Origin: Lama guanicoe
Lineage: Eukaryota
Length of the DNA stretch: 64,000 nt
Assembly: GCA_013239625.1 (NCBI GenBank)
Contig: MU053365.1
Coordinates: forward strand, 498,001-562,000
Direction: 5' to 3'
Positions within the stretch are counted from its first letter, which is position 1. Every line of letters begins with the position of its first letter. The notes under the pieces are model-generated. The model was given only the letters and a program-made list of their open reading frames with translations, made no database searches and was not told where the DNA came from. A program made the position numbers and the translations under genes. Shown here piece by piece: positions 23,401 to 37,757 of this stretch.

Positions 23401-25344
23401 TCAAAAAAGGATAATGAGGTTCAAGTGTTCCGGAAAGCAGTCATGTGCTGGAGGGACAGGCGGTTGGGTCTCAAGCAGCCCCGGAAAACCGGACAGATAG
23501 AGTGAGACCCAGGCGCGCACAGACAGAAGTGGGAATGCGGGTCTGAAGCGGAGAGATGGTAGAGAGGGGCTTTCAACGGAAGCCAACTGGATTGAATTTG
23601 AACAGCGTTTTGAAAAGGGGGCCAAAATAAGATGCAGTAGGCAAAGGCATTTCCATTGCCTGGGGACTCAGGGGCTGAGAGCACGGAGAGGCCAGTTGTT
23701 GTACTTGGTTAATAAAAGAAGTCTGTCCCAATGTGAGATGAAGTGGGTTTGCCTGTCGGGCTGCGGAGGGGAAAGGGGGGGATCAGGGAGGTGGGAAAGT
23801 GGGGAGAGCAGACAGACTGAGCTCCACGTTACAGATGCCAACCGCGTGCCCACCTTACAGATTCCTCGGGTCGGGGGTGGGGGGGTCAGGGTGCATAATT
23901 AACCTCTGTTTTCCAGGTAAGGAAGTTGACAAGCCGCACAGCTCGGAAGTGATGGAATGTCACGAGCGACCGGAGGCCAGCTCTTCCCATCCTGGGCATG
24001 CGCGCCTTCCTCCGCAGAGCCCTCTCCAGTGAGGGAGAGAAGATGACCTTGCTCTTGACTCTGCTTAGTTTGAAAAGTACTGAGGGGATCAGAGAGGGCA
24101 GGAGAGAACAGAAAGCTCCAAGGCCCTTAAAACAAACAGTACCATGAGCTTGTGATAAGAAAAATGTCCAGCAAGCACTCTGTTGTGCCACGAATGTGGT
24201 CTTATAAAAATTTAAGAATTAGTCATAAAATCTGATTCGTAAACTTCAGAAAGCTGATTTTTATTCTAAGCATGGGGAATGAAACATGCCATTCTTCAAT
24301 AAAGGAAAGCCCACTCATTAATGGTATTGTTGGGGAAAAAAACCAGAATTCTATACAATCTATAGCCCTTCCAACAAAAAAGCCATTTCCCTAGATTCTC
24401 TTTCAAGAACAACAGAAGGACTTTTGTTACTTTCTCAAAGGGTGCTATCTTTTATGAACTTATTAAGGAAACTACTTCTTTTCTTTCCGTGTTGAAATGG
24501 CATTCTGTTGTTTCTCTAAGTGGCCCCTCCAGCAGGCTTGAGTCGCCAGCCTCTGCAGGTGTTCGCCGGCTCCCCTCGCTCAGTCACTGGGGGAGCCACC
24601 TAGACACCAGGGCCAGGCTGCTCGTCCGCAGAGAACTCCAATTGTGTCAGACTAGGTGTTGATTTTGAAACGGGTCTGGCATTCTTTCAGGAGTTAAGAA
24701 AAGACCACTGCCTTCATTTGGAAAAGCAAGGCTACTGTAGAGACGAGTAACAGGTTTCTTTCACTGTGGCCTTTCTTTAAAAGGAAGGTGGCCGACACCC
24801 TTGCAAGTATTTGGTGTCTTTGGTGCATCGGACCCATCTCCACCTAAGGCGAGGAGCAGGTGGCTGGGTTCCCAGGGTGCATCGCACTGTGGATTTCACA
24901 ACAACCGCTCACACTCCACTCCGACCCTTGAGTCCCAGAGAGAGATGACCAAGAGGTTCCTGGGCTATTACGAAAGTAGCCAGTACATCCCTGAATAAGA
25001 GAATCTCATCTCTGATCAGACTGATTGGACTCCTCTGTTTAATAGTCAATAATGATGTTCTTGGGCTGAAAAAGGTACATAAATATTCACAGTAGGTGAA
25101 ACCAGGTGGCCAGTCAACTTGGTAAACAGGTTTCTGCTGTTTATTATTCCTTTGGCTGCATCTTCACAGAGTTTGCTTCCAGCTTTGGGCTACTGAGAAG
25201 GCACTGACCAGGGGGAGCATCAGGGGATGTTGGGGAGACTCTGGTAAGTGAGGAAAGGGGATGCAGACTTTTCACTGGCATATAGATGATTTTCTTCCTC
25301 CACTGAAAAGCCTGCATGGTTTTCTCATGGCCACGCTGATCATT

Positions 25345-25520
25345 TATCACAATAATAAGCATTTATATATCACTTGGCAGCTTAGAAGGGAATTAGGGCA
25401 GGCATTATTGTCCTCTTTGGCAGACAAGGAAGGGAGATTCAGAAAGATGAAGTTATCTGTCCAAACCACAGAAATGAAAAATGGTAGAGCCGGGACTAGA
25501 ACTCACTCCCACGACCCCTA
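25345..25520 (-). mobile_element. MIR
   Basis: ataagcatttatatatcactt...attattgtcctctttggcagacaaggaa...atggtagagccgggactagaactca. Confidence 0.75.
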
Positions 25521-27449
25521 CCCTTCATATGCCACATCGCCTTTGGATGCCGCCAGCCAGAGGCAGGAGGTGCATTCTTCTGCCTTGGCTTTGGTGTTTC
25601 CTTTCGCTTTCCTCGTTTACTTTGGGAGAGGTCATTGCTGCCTTTTGCAACTTTGTGCTGCCCCCATGCCATTGTCATGCACCAGTTCCCTCCCACTGGT
25701 AACATTTCTCACAACTTGCCATCATCCTCCAGTCTCTCCGCCTCTCCTCTCCTCCATATCACAGGCCACAGTCTCCACAACCATGCTCCACCAGCAATGC
25801 AGCGGAAGGCAGCAGTCAAGTGGACTTGAGATCCCAGAGAGCAGAAAGGCAAAGACTGAGGGCAGGATGCTTAAATAGGGAACGTTTCCTTAAAGGAGGT
25901 ATTGAGTCCCTGTCCAGACCTCAAGAGAAAGACCCAGAAGGATGCGAGAATGGGGTAGAGATCAGGAGACTAGCTTGATTAGAGAGTGAGAAGACGAGGT
26001 GAGAGACGAGACAGGAGGTGCAAGCAGAAGGGTCTTGAAATGGAATACAAGGACGCCCTGTCCCCATACTCTCGGAAACAGAAGAGAAATGACTTTAAAC
26101 AGCTTAAGCAGATAGATTGCTTCATTATTAAAAGGCACAGAAATCAAGGTTTAAACTCACCCGCAAGATTTCTTCAACACAGCTTGGATCACTGGCAAGG
26201 CTTACCTAAAACAAAATAAAACAAAAAAGAAAATTAAGCACAATCTAGTTATTCTTAGAAAACCATACTGTGTAATATTTTACTGTGTAGGCAAAATTGT
26301 AAAGAAAGTAAATATAGTTACTGATGTGGTTTTCCCCCTGCTAAATACCAAGCTGTAAGTATCCGCAGATGGCCAATTTTGTTTGACTTTAATGAAGCAG
26401 TAGGACCCCAGTGCAAGGCACAGAAGGAGAAAGACTTGTTCTGTCACTGGTTTGCTACGAGCACTGAGCCGTCCTGCCCCCTCCCCCAGGCTCCAAAGAG
26501 GGAGCTCAAGCCCCTGACCCCTGAGGCTTCTTCTGCTCTCTGACATAATTCGCCATATTATTCATAACACAGATTTTTAAAAGAAGAGTCCTATATGAAA
26601 CACTTCTATGATTAAATGAAGTCCTCTTAACTCAGGAGTCCAATCAGATGCCTACAATTCTTATCCAAAACAGTAAGGCTAAACCTCCTGTTCAAATCAA
26701 ATGCTTGCCTTGGCCCTGAGAGAGAATCTCACAAATACACGAAGTGAATCCCCTGAGCTATCTTGCTCAGGGTGACACCTTCCTAATCAATCAAAATCCA
26801 AGCTACTAGCAGAGCAGTACTGAGGACTTCCTTCTCACCTGGCTCAGTCATCAGCGGAAGCAAGAAGCCAAACACCAGAGTGAAACAGCAGTTACAAAGC
26901 TGCGCATGATGAAGGACTTGGGAGTGGGTCGACCAGCTGGAGAAAGGTTTACCAGGCGTGATGTCACCTGTGCAGGTGCGGGACTCCCTAAACCTTCCTC
27001 ACTCTCTCCTTCACGCCTTCACCTGCTCCAGGATCGCAGCTGGATCACCTCCACCTCCCTCTGGGAGAACATTTGGTCGCTTCGGTTCACTACCTTGGGA
27101 GGTGCAAGGCCAGTCCTGTGCAGAGCACAGCGCCACAGAGCCTGCACGTCCCAGGCCCCGTGCGAGGGCAGTTAGGTCCTAATCCCCTAGTTAATCTGAC
27201 AGACTGAAGTTCAAACACAACTGTATTTGGGGACTTGGGGAACAGAATACGATGCCAGTTTCCCACAATCTTACAAAATACACGCTACATCATCAGTGCC
27301 TCTTAAATTAGCATTACAGGCACTGCTATACCTACACTAACTTCAGCCAGTATTTCTTGAATACCTTCTCCTGTATGAAAGTCCCTGCTCCAAGGAGCAT
27401 AAAATCCCTAGTGGGGATCAGAGGGGTCACCAGTCATGAGGGGGACATC

Positions 27450-27568
27450 CAGGTCGGTTATCTGGTATGATTTCAGTGTTCACCTGTTATTCTGGTGTCA
27501 TTACTGACAGTGTCCTCTTTCACTCTCCAAAACGTCCTGGTTTGGATGATAAATTATACAGCCACCCC
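27450..27568 (-). mobile_element. MER81-like hAT-Blackjack MITE
   Basis: ctttcactctccaaaacgtcctggtttggatgataaattatacagccaccc matches the recalled MER81 terminus. Confidence 0.65.
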
Positions 27569-27704
27569 TCCAGGAACAATAATACTGCAACACTGAGTGG
27601 AAAGAACAGTAGAAGGAAAGGCTGAAAGAGCTGGCTGGGTAGACACTGTCAAGGACCTTAAATACAGGGTCCTAACAGGGAACCACAGGTGGTTTGGCTT
27701 AGCA

Positions 27705-27905
27705 TACTTCATTCATTCATTCAACAAATATTTTTGGAGGGCCACGGACTGTGCCACGAGGTTCATGCTTGGGAGAGATACAACAGAGAGAAGCAAAAGG
27801 AGACACACTTTCCTCCCTCATGGAATTTGTGGACTCAGGAGGAAGGCAGATGTGAGAAAGCACAGTTAATGGATGATTGTAACTGTTATTTAAGTGCTAC
27901 ACAGG
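27705..27905 (-). mobile_element. L2 3' end
   Basis: ttcattcattcattcaacaaatattt tail followed by ...ccctcatggaattt. Confidence 0.75.
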
Positions 27906-28489
27906 AGACCATCCCATAGACACCGATTCTGCAAAATGAAATGTTCCATGTCCAAATGAGTGTGGGAGATGCTGCAATCCAGCCCCTTCTTGGCAACCCA
28001 TGATGCAAATCAAAGGCTCTGAGACATCTATCTCATTGGTTCACCTGACTATCAAATTGTGGGCTTTTTAGTTTTCATGTGTTGTTTTTTTTTTTTGATT
28101 AACAATTATTGCCATTCTACAGAATGAGTGTTTGCAGAACACACACTAGGAGAGGTCGGTCTAACATATGATAGGACTCCAGAACTCAGCTAATTATTCA
28201 CAACAGCAAATAAAATCTCACGCCTTTGCTCCCGGCTCCAGCAACTATATTTTCCAAGACAACTGTTGGACTTCTAACACACACCTTCTCCAAACCCAAA
28301 GGTCAACACAGTCACAGCAAAGACTTAAAAATCTTCAGCATCGTGGTTGTGTTGTATCAGTGTGGGCTGCCTGGATTAAACATACATGGCCCACTCTCAC
28401 GAAAAGGTCCTTTTGTCACACAAACACACCAATGTTAATTTTGAAATAAAAGTTGGGGGGGGTGGGAAATATCAGCAACAAGCAGACAG

Positions 28490-28712
28490 CAAGAGCACTT
28501 GCCTGTGAGTCTAAAGAGTTGGGTGGGAGTCCTGGCCCTACCACTCGGGAACAGGACTTCATGACCTTACCCCTCTGAGTTCGAGTTAGACCAGCTGTAA
28601 AATAAAATCGAGTAAAATAAGATCACGACCATCTTAATGCCTGCTCCTTTTAGATGTCCCAGGGCTTCTGCAAGCAGCAAATGAAATAAGGAAAGCGAAC
28701 GTGCTTTGTAAC
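28490..28712 (+). mobile_element. MIR
   Basis: aagagcacttgcctgtgagtc...gagtcctggccctaccact...ctgtaaaat...caaatgaaataa...gtgctttgtaa. Confidence 0.6.
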
Positions 28713-29374
28713 CTGCGAAGCCCCTCACGGCACGTCAGGGTATTCGCCCCTGCCCTGCTGGTCTCCTGACTGCTTTATTACGAAGCCCCCCCTTCTCATG
28801 CACTCAGGGTAGGATCTGACTCACTCTTGCCAACTGCAAATATCATCTCTACACCTGGTATTATAAATATCCATTTCCTTATAGGGAAATGCTGTCAAAA
28901 TCGAAAGAGTTGTGGACTCTGGGGCATTGCAGCAAATCTAATGATGACTTCTGGGGGTGGGGAACACTCAGAATGGGGAAGAACTCTACAGACACGGACA
29001 GTCAAATAAATAGGCATCCACACCGCGGGGTCAGATTCTTTTTTCTTTTTCAGAAAACACTGGAATCCAGCAGTGACATGGAGTCACTAGTCCCGCAAAC
29101 TCATCTCGCCCTGCCTCCTAGCTCTTTTCACCGCAAGACAACTCATTTGAGCCGCGAGTGTTTTTTCTCCCCCGCAAGTGCTTTTGAATTAAGCAGCGAG
29201 CATTTCCTTCGTGCCTAGAACAGTGCTAAGCGAGGGGGTTTGGTGGCACAAAGAACTATTTGACTTGGCCTCTTTCTCTCGGAGTTAAATGTCTAGATGG
29301 GACGGGAAAACAAATAATTAGAGACCCACTGGGACACACATTGTAAGGTGGTCGTGACAAGGGTAATAGGATCG

Positions 29375-29545
29375 TATTCATTCACCCGTCCGCCTATTCA
29401 TCACTTCTCCCATTTATTTCTTTAGACAACAAATCCTGATTGAGCTCACACTGTGCTCAGGATGGTGCCAAGGGGAGGATTTAAAGACACTGAAGACAAC
29501 ATAATTTCTGCCTTTGAGACTCCACACAAATTGGGGGAGACAAAC
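29375..29545 (-). mobile_element. L2 3' end
   Basis: attcattcacc...ttgagctcacactgtgctcaggatggtgccaagg...tctgcctttgag. Confidence 0.6.
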
Positions 29546-31764
29546 ATTTACAAGGGAAACAGACAATACCGAACAGGAGGTCTGATTTCGGTGTCAGGGA
29601 GAGGGTACCTACCGGGTTCACGGACAGAGCCATGTCCGACAGGAGCTCCCAGCCGCCGAGGTCCCCACTGTAGTCATCGCCCCATAAGGGAGCGAGAGGC
29701 CAAGGGTCTGACATGGCTGAGAAGTGATGCGGCCACCTGAGGCCACTTCAGGCTCTGAGCCCCCTGCGGAGCCGAGCCCGGGTCCCTCTGTGCTCTGCAG
29801 GACAGCTGAGCTGAGGCGGGGGCTCGGCCCCGGCTGCCCAGCCGCTCTCCCTGTCTCTCTGTCTGTCTGTCTGTCTCTCTCGAAGGAACTGTGGAGGAGT
29901 CACTCGGACAGGTGTGACAGGAGACTGAGGAGGAGAGCTAGGGGGTGACACTGGGATTAGAACTGCTGCCTGATGAGTTGCCAAGCTGCTGCTTAATTCC
30001 GGAGCCACCTTCGCCTCCCTTTAAATCCACTCTTGAGTATTCACATAGTCCACAAAGCGCAAGTTAGCCACTCAGAGCCGCGGCGTCCTTTTGCATCCCC
30101 CTCTCCACCCCCTCCTCCGGGAGCAGAAAGCAAGCTGCACGCCGCCCAGGGGAGGCTGTGCTCTCACTCCTGGCCCCAGACGACCCTCTTGTGCCCGGCA
30201 CGGACGTGGTCCTCTGAGGGCCAGGGGAGGCAGGCGCACGTCGGGCAGGTGCGGAGTTGACTGAGAGCCCTCACAAGTGCCGATGCTCCCCGCGTGTGAC
30301 AGTGCAGCCCATGTCGCCACAGAGAGACCACAGATCATCTGCCGGGTGATAAATACATATCTTAGGAAATAATCAGGGTACCTTTAAATCATCAAATATT
30401 CAATTAAGTGCAGCAACAATAAATGAATTGCATAGGATGTTTTAATCATTCTGGAATTAATCAGTTTGGAGCATACTTCTTGGCGATTAGGGTAATACAA
30501 GATATCAAAAATACCCTGATTGTGGCATTGAGAGACATAAGCAGCAGCTAGCACTAATAGAAAACACGAAGATTAATGTAAAACATTAAAAGGATCCTGA
30601 CCATCACATGGTTAACCCCAGGGAGCGAGACGCGCATCTCAGGACATATTTATTAAGGGGTGGCGGGGGAGAAGAGGTTATTTTTTTTTTCCTAAAATAA
30701 GCCTGAGGTTGTCCCACAATACCTGGCAATCAAAGCCCACTATTCTAGGCATATTCCACCTTGACAAAGAGTTCGCCAAGTAAAACTCACAAACTGCAAG
30801 TCTAATTGCCAGTGAACGCTTGGATTTTCCTAACAAGTATAAGTGACACTGAGTGACACATCACTAACACCAAATTCCGTGCTATTGATCCAGTTAAACA
30901 ATATCCACGACTGACACTGATGGCAGCTTCCAAACTAATTCCACTTGTATTTTCATTAACAAATTGTCATTTATCCCTGTGATGGATGGAGGAGACAGGG
31001 CTCCCCGGACACGGCATTACTACTGAAATGAAAACTCACATTCTGATATTGTACTACCAAATGAGTTTTCCGTCTTTTTAAAATGGTTAATCCCCATCAT
31101 TGGTCATTTACCTAAACAAGGAGCAGCAGCCTGTGAGGTCCCTATTTGCCTCTATCTCCCCTCTCCATCCAGGGAGTCCCAGTTCTCCAATTTGGAAAAC
31201 GACAAACCCAGTTCGCATGAAGATCTTTCTGTCCCTTGCTTCCTGCCTCACCTTAACTGGTCCGTATTCTAGTTTGCATTCCTCAGTCTGTGGTTAAATG
31301 GGAACACTTAATATAGCATAAGCCGCAGATAGACATCCACAGGTAATATAACTTTAATCAAAACAAAACAGACTTCACAACCGGTACATGGTACAGCCAA
31401 CCAGCTCATCATCCCCTTTCATTTTAATATAGCGAAAGAAAGCCCTGGTGTCCAAGGAGCCACTGTTTACTTTCAAATACTGCTTCCGGCCAGTTTTTAA
31501 GGGAGTCACACGGTCAAAATGCCACGTAAAACAAGCTAACATTCAACATTCTCTCTAAGAAAAGAAGCAACAAAAAGTAGAGCATGAAGATCAGCGGAAT
31601 TTGACCCTGGCCATTTGAAGCCAAGTACAGAAAGTGATTCTTTGTCTAGAACCTTACATGGAACTAAAACTAAAGAGGAAGAGACAGCAATCACATTTTA
31701 TTTATTTGACTAAATAAATGAGATAGTTAACTTTATTTTCTGGGGACACAAAGGGGTAGGGGAA

Positions 31765-32050
31765 AGAGCAGAAGCTTTGAAGCTAGACAGACTGGGATTT
31801 TTTTTAAAAGTTTTTATTGTAGTGCAGTTGATTTACAATGTTAGCTTCAGGTGTACAGCAAAGTGATTCAGTTACACATATATATTGCTCTGATACTTAC
31901 CTTGCTTTGTGAACTTGGGCAAGACGCTTGAACTTCTCTGAGCCTCTGTTTCTCTATCTATATAAGGGGACTAAAAAGTCCACTTGGAGGATTGCAGTGG
32001 GGTTGAGACGAGTGAGGCATATAGAAGTAACTTAGCCTGGCAGTAGATGC
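31765..32050 (+). mobile_element. MIR interrupted by a short antisense L1 tail (~31798-31884)
   Basis: agagcagaagctttggaagctagacagactggg, then the insertion (ttt...gttgatttacaatgttag...ggtgtacagcaaagtgattcagtta), then gtgaacttgggcaag...ctctgagcctctgtttc. Confidence 0.8.
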
Positions 32051-34139
32051 CTTTTCAGTGTCCATCCACACCTTCTATTCTCAGTTCCCTCTAAGGCCCT
32101 TGGAAAGGTGTCAGCACCCTGAGCCTTGGAACCACTGAGTAGATAGTTTAGTCGCCTTGTCAACTGGCCCCCATGACATCTTGTGAATGTCGCTAATTAT
32201 GAAATCCTATTCAGGGGCCCAGTGTGTAAGGAGTCTCAGGCGGCTGCTCCATCTGGTGTCTCTCACTGAAGGTGAGGATCGAGCATCCCTCTCGCTGATT
32301 ACATTAGGTATGGGCAAGGGCGGATGCATATGCAGAAAAGGCCATCATCAGCTGAGAGCACCTAACGGCAGATGGAATCTGAAGTGAAGAGTACTTAATT
32401 CAGTGGGCTCTGAATAGCCATTAGCTCACTGTTCATTTATTTGGTCTAATAACTAGTTTCTATAGAAGAGTGAGCTCTCAAGGTGGGGGGGTATGGTCTT
32501 AAAGAAAAACTAGGTACACATCTAGAAAGATTACCCAAAGAAACCAAGAGTCTATTTGGAAAAGCCTGGCTGCCTGACCCCCATTCCCCAGGGATGCCCG
32601 GCCTCTGGTCACCCGAGCTGGGCGTTGAGGTTGTTCTAGCTGCTGCAGGTGTCACCGCTGCCCGCACGTGTGCCTGAGCTGTATGGTACCTGCCGGCCAG
32701 GTGCCCCCGGGACAGAGCCCCCACTTCCACATTCTCCAGGCTTCTCGCCTGATTCCTCCTTTCTGCTGCTCTCACTCCAGCTCTCTCCTCCAAGTTTTCT
32801 TTGCCAGCCTCCCAGACCCTGATCCAGTGGGCTGGCCCCTTCCTGTCTCTTGCTCTTCTCAGCCCTCTGTCTGCTCCCAGGGCCCGCCCTACAACCCAGA
32901 GACCTTCCAGCCATGCTTCCCTCCTCTCGGAATTTCTAGGCACACATCCAACTCCTCAGGGCCTGCGGGATCCCCTCTTCTGCCCTATCCAAGTCCTAGC
33001 ACTGAAACCAAGGACCATTTAAGATTAAAATCTTGATTCCACTAAATCCCTACTTACTGAGCTCCCATTAACATTAACGGCTATCTTGTGTGCAGGCCCA
33101 TAATCTCTCCTAGTAAAAGAGGATCTTGTAAAAATACCGATGTACAAAGTGAAGTCAGGCAATCTCTGAACCCTCTCCTTAGCCATCGTTAACAAGGCAA
33201 GCATCCAGGATCTAAATATATTAAAAAAGATGGAACAGGAAGCAAGCTCGCCTCTGAATGTTGTCGACTAAAGAGCAAATGTGAGGGTTTTTAGAGTTCT
33301 CTTATGCTCCTGACCGCGCCACGGTCAGAGCAAGCTCTCACGGCACGGCGCAAGTCAAGCATGAATGGGAAAGCAGCGACCCCACTTTCGGGAAAAGAAA
33401 AATGTACTGACAGTCTGGAAGCAGTTCCGTGTCCAAGCTCTGTCACTCATCAGCTGTTTGATTTGAGGCGACTCACTTCCTCACTCTCCAGGTGACACAA
33501 TGATGCCACAGAGATCTGTCCCAAGTCCCCAGGGTTTTGCATTTCACATAACAGGACCAAACTAGTAGGTGATCGTCAGCAGATCACCAACTTTTTATTG
33601 TGAAAGGACATTACAAAACAACAGCCCAAAGGCAGGAAGGGTATAATCTTCAAAAAAGGGAGTGTTTATTCACAATAAATGACAGCAAACTATGCCACCA
33701 TCCAACTCACTATCACATACCATTAGTTTTATGGTTCCCATTCTGCCACAGAATAACAGCACCTTCACCTTAGACTGGTCACCAAGCAAGATGATCTTCT
33801 CAGGTATCTTTTGGATTCTATGATTTTACTCACCTTCTATTTTGTTCGATTTTATCACATATCTTTGACTGTAGGTAGCAGTCCACTTGTCAACTTCAAT
33901 TCTTTATCATCTCCTACCCGTGGATGATTTCCTCGCTGTTGCTCGTTGTCAAATCCCAGGTACATTTCCTCCTCTCCCGCTGACGGCTTTTAAATGCATG
34001 GAGAATGCAAACTAATCTCTGGGCTAGCCAGCCCCAACAAGAGCAGGCAGACAGCTCTTCTGTAACAAGTCATACACACGCAGCACACATATCCTAGAGA
34101 CCTCATCTCTACAGCTCGTTTCACATCAGGTATTCCAAA

Positions 34140-35020
34140 GGCCCCTGGGAATTCTCAGGAGTAGCTAGGGAGGCAGGAGGAAAATCAGGCAAGCACGGTG
34201 TCCCCGAAGCCTGTAGAAGAACGTGCTTCAAGGAGAAATCAGCCATTAAGTAACACAAGGATTGGCCATTGGGTTTGGCATGACCTTGGCCACTGGCAAC
34301 CTTGGGCAGAGCTCTTTGAGTGGCATGCCGTGGCTGTGAACCTTACCGGAGTGGGTGGAGGATAGGGTGGGAGGGGCAGATGCAGAGGAAATAAACAATT
34401 CCTACTGTGACAGGGAGCAGAGAGATGGGGTGATGTGGTGCCAGGGTTTTTCTTTGTTTTCTGAGAGGGATGATATTAAGGCAGGTTTATATCCCGATGG
34501 GTGTAACTCAGTGGAGGGGAAAATGTATCACAAAAGAAACAATGGATGATTGTAAAAGCAGAGTCCTTGAGAAGGAGAGAGCAGATTAGGACACAATTGG
34601 AGAGGCTGCCCTGAAAGAGGAGCATGGACACTTCTGGGCACTTCTTCCATTGTCACAGGAGGGAAGGCAGACTGTGTCTCGGTACATAAGCAGTTGGGTT
34701 GGAGAAATGAAAGACGAGAAGATGAGGTGGTACTTGTGTGATCGGATCTATTTTTCTCTCTGAAGTATGTGGCAAGGTCATCAGCGGAGAATGCGGCTGG
34801 TTCTTGGACATTGGAGGAGAAAGGAAAGGTGGAGGATGGTTGTGCTGGAAAACAGGAATGTGGGTGTGCTAGGAAAGGATAACAGAACTATCTGGCAATG
34901 TTTAAGGGAGAGAAAGAGCTGGCTGTCGTGTGAAACACTGACAGAGATGCTGCGTATGCCCAGAGGATGGAGATAAAGGAGCCAGGAGGCGGAGAAAGAA
35001 GAGAATTGGAGGCCAAGTAG
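34140..35020 (-). mobile_element. L2 ORF2 remnant
   Basis: Purine-rich antisense L2 signature: ggaggaaaatcagg...gtgtccccgaagcc...ttcaaggag...ccattgggtttggca...cactggcaaccttg. Confidence 0.65.
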
Positions 35021-37757
35021 CTCCGCAGATTGAGAAGGAGGTGGCACTCTGCTCCCCACTATTAGCTACCGCACTTTCCAACACTGATGAGCTAATTAAG
35101 CACAGCTCACAGTCCTCCAACTGCTCTAATCTATAAGGAGCTTCATTCTGAGAGCCCAGGAGGAGAAGGAATGATGTTCCTGGGGCCCCACAGGAGGCCA
35201 GATGAAATTCAGCCCAGGCCACATACGGCCCCGGGGTCTGAGGGTTCCTCTCTGGAGACTAAATGACTTCTCCTGTGTCCCCAGGGCAGTAGAGAACTCT
35301 GTTAACCGGGATCCTCCTGAGACATCATTCCTATATACCCTTGGAAGGGGTTTCCAAATTGATTAAAGAAGAGCTGTTTTTAATCATTTAAGTTAAGCAA
35401 ACATCTTCCACGTTTACTATGTGATCGTTAGCCTGAAACACCTTAAAATACGATAATCTTTTATAATACATCTTGGATTGACAAGTTCTACTAAGCATCT
35501 ATGGCTTCTAAAGATACAAGGACTTCCTCACTAGCGGAAAGAAATGAAGTGGGAGTTCAGGTTCTTCTGGTGGCTTCTGAAGACGTTGCCACAGGCATAT
35601 TATGGGGTCTTAAATTAAGTGTTGTAACCTCATTTATTAGAAGAAGCTTTCAAATATGTATCTTTGGCTCTCATTTTCTGAAACTCTTTTAGAAAAGAAA
35701 GGTCTTTCCTTGACATTCACAATTCCTCATCCTAAAGAAGCTCCTTTTTCAGTCATCATCTAAACACACAGCTAATGACTTAAACGTCTGCTTTAAAACG
35801 AGAAACCCAGATTTCAGTTAGCTTTTCTTCTAGCTCAATTTTCCTTAAAGCAATGTAAGTGGAGTAGACTTTATAAATGGTCTCCATGCATGTCCTCAAT
35901 AAAACTGTGACAACAGAACGCACTTGATAGAAAGTGGCTCCGCTTTCAGACTAACCTCTACCGGACTTGGCGCCTTCTTGACTCTCTAAATCCTACGCTT
36001 AGGGCTGTCTTAATTGCCAGTGGATGACACTGTGATTCTGCAGAAACAGACTCACAATTGCTCTTCTTTGACAGTGATGCTCTCAGGGAACAAGCCCTGT
36101 GCATGGGAACTGAATCCTTGCCAGCTCCCCTATTATTTATAACTCTAATTAAAACACTTTTATCTATTAACACCAAGTGAAACCACTAAATATATTCAGG
36201 GCAGTTCACATTTTTTTCTATACTTCTAAAATCTCTTAGATCTGCTCCCACTTACGTGTGGTTTAACCGCTCACTAAAATGAAACGATAGCTAAGAATAA
36301 CTCACTTGCATTAGATTTATAAATCTCATTAATTAATTCTACATCTCCAGTGGTGTAGAGACCAAACTCAAATGCAAGATCTAATTAAAGAGAAGTAAAA
36401 AAAATCTTAAGAAACAACACTAAGATTGAAACACAGAAGTAACTGTTTAGCCTCAAATTAATGAGGCGCTATGCTAAGCAAGCATGTCCATTAATCCCTA
36501 ATGAGGATTTTAAACACATTAAAACTTCCTAATACAAAATGTTTGCCTTCCTTTTATCCAATAACAAATAAGCCAATAATTTTCTGGCTCTAAATGACAC
36601 TATTAACTGTCACGGCATGTTTTATTTGACAAACCCTCCATTCAAATACTGTAAAACCAATTAATTTGCCTGCTGTGAAATGTGTTTCTTGATGGCTTTT
36701 ATGTGATTTTTTTTCTTCTCAAAGAAATGTAAATAGGAGGTCAATGTAGGTGCCTGATTTTGCTTAAAAAAATATGCCACAGTAGTTATAGGTTGTCTAT
36801 CCTGTTTGCAATTCAAATGAGCTAAAAGACAACGTCCATTTTCAGGTCACAATCCCAAAGTAGTCTCCTGATAAGCTAACTGTGTCAGAGTAATACTTTG
36901 ATTAACACAAAGAGGGTGTCACATTTGAGGATGGAGAGTGGGCAAAAGTACCATTCTGTTCGATTATAAATGATGATTCACAGCCCTGGCCCTTACTGAC
37001 CTGGCATCGTTACCTATCTCCTGCTGCAGCCAGCCTTCCTCCAAACACATCTGCATGTATGTACAGGAAATCACTCTCTAAAATTGGGGTTTATGCCTGA
37101 TGCTCTTATTTGAAAACACCCCAATTTGTGACACTTTTTGGTTGGCAGAAAAATCAATAGAACAAATAAAAGAAGTTCCTGTTTCTTAAACTTCCCCTGG
37201 GCTTTGCTTAGCATCTCCAGTTAGCTTGAGAGATGGTCCCAAGGCCCCTTCTGCCCAGTATTTGTGGGACACTCTGAAACACTTGGCCCACGGAAGGGCA
37301 TGGCACATTCCAGAAAATCACTCTGCAAACAGAGACCCTTGACACCATGTGATAAAGAAAGGGTCTGTGACATTAAGCGTGGGCCCACTCTGTGGAACAT
37401 CTCAAGCCTGCTGCATTATACACTGAACACCAGACAGAGGATGATGCATGGTGTCCCATGGTTTATGGAGCCGAATGAGTTATGCCAATTAACGTGGACA
37501 GCATATGCATGGCGCCAATGACCCTAGCTTGACACACATCCACGGGAAAACCAGGGACTGATTCTTTCTTAGCTGTGAAAGTAGGCTGGAGAAACCTGGC
37601 AGGTGTTTATAATTCCAGGCACAATTACAACACATGACTGATACAAACAAAATACACTCAGTGAAATAATCGCTCTGACTCCTCACCCGAATCAACGTGT
37701 TGGGGGTATTTTCAAACTTGGTGCTTGGAAAATCTGTTCACGTTAAGGAAATTCTCT

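Noticed and set aside
25204..25219. CTCF-like motif ctgaccagggggagca
   Set aside because: A single imperfect match is expected by chance in 64 kb and cannot be supported without a PWM score or ChIP data.
25261..25878. Longest ORF in the track (205 aa)
   Set aside because: It runs through an antisense MIR and low-complexity sequence, has no recognisable domain, and is plausible as a chance ORF.
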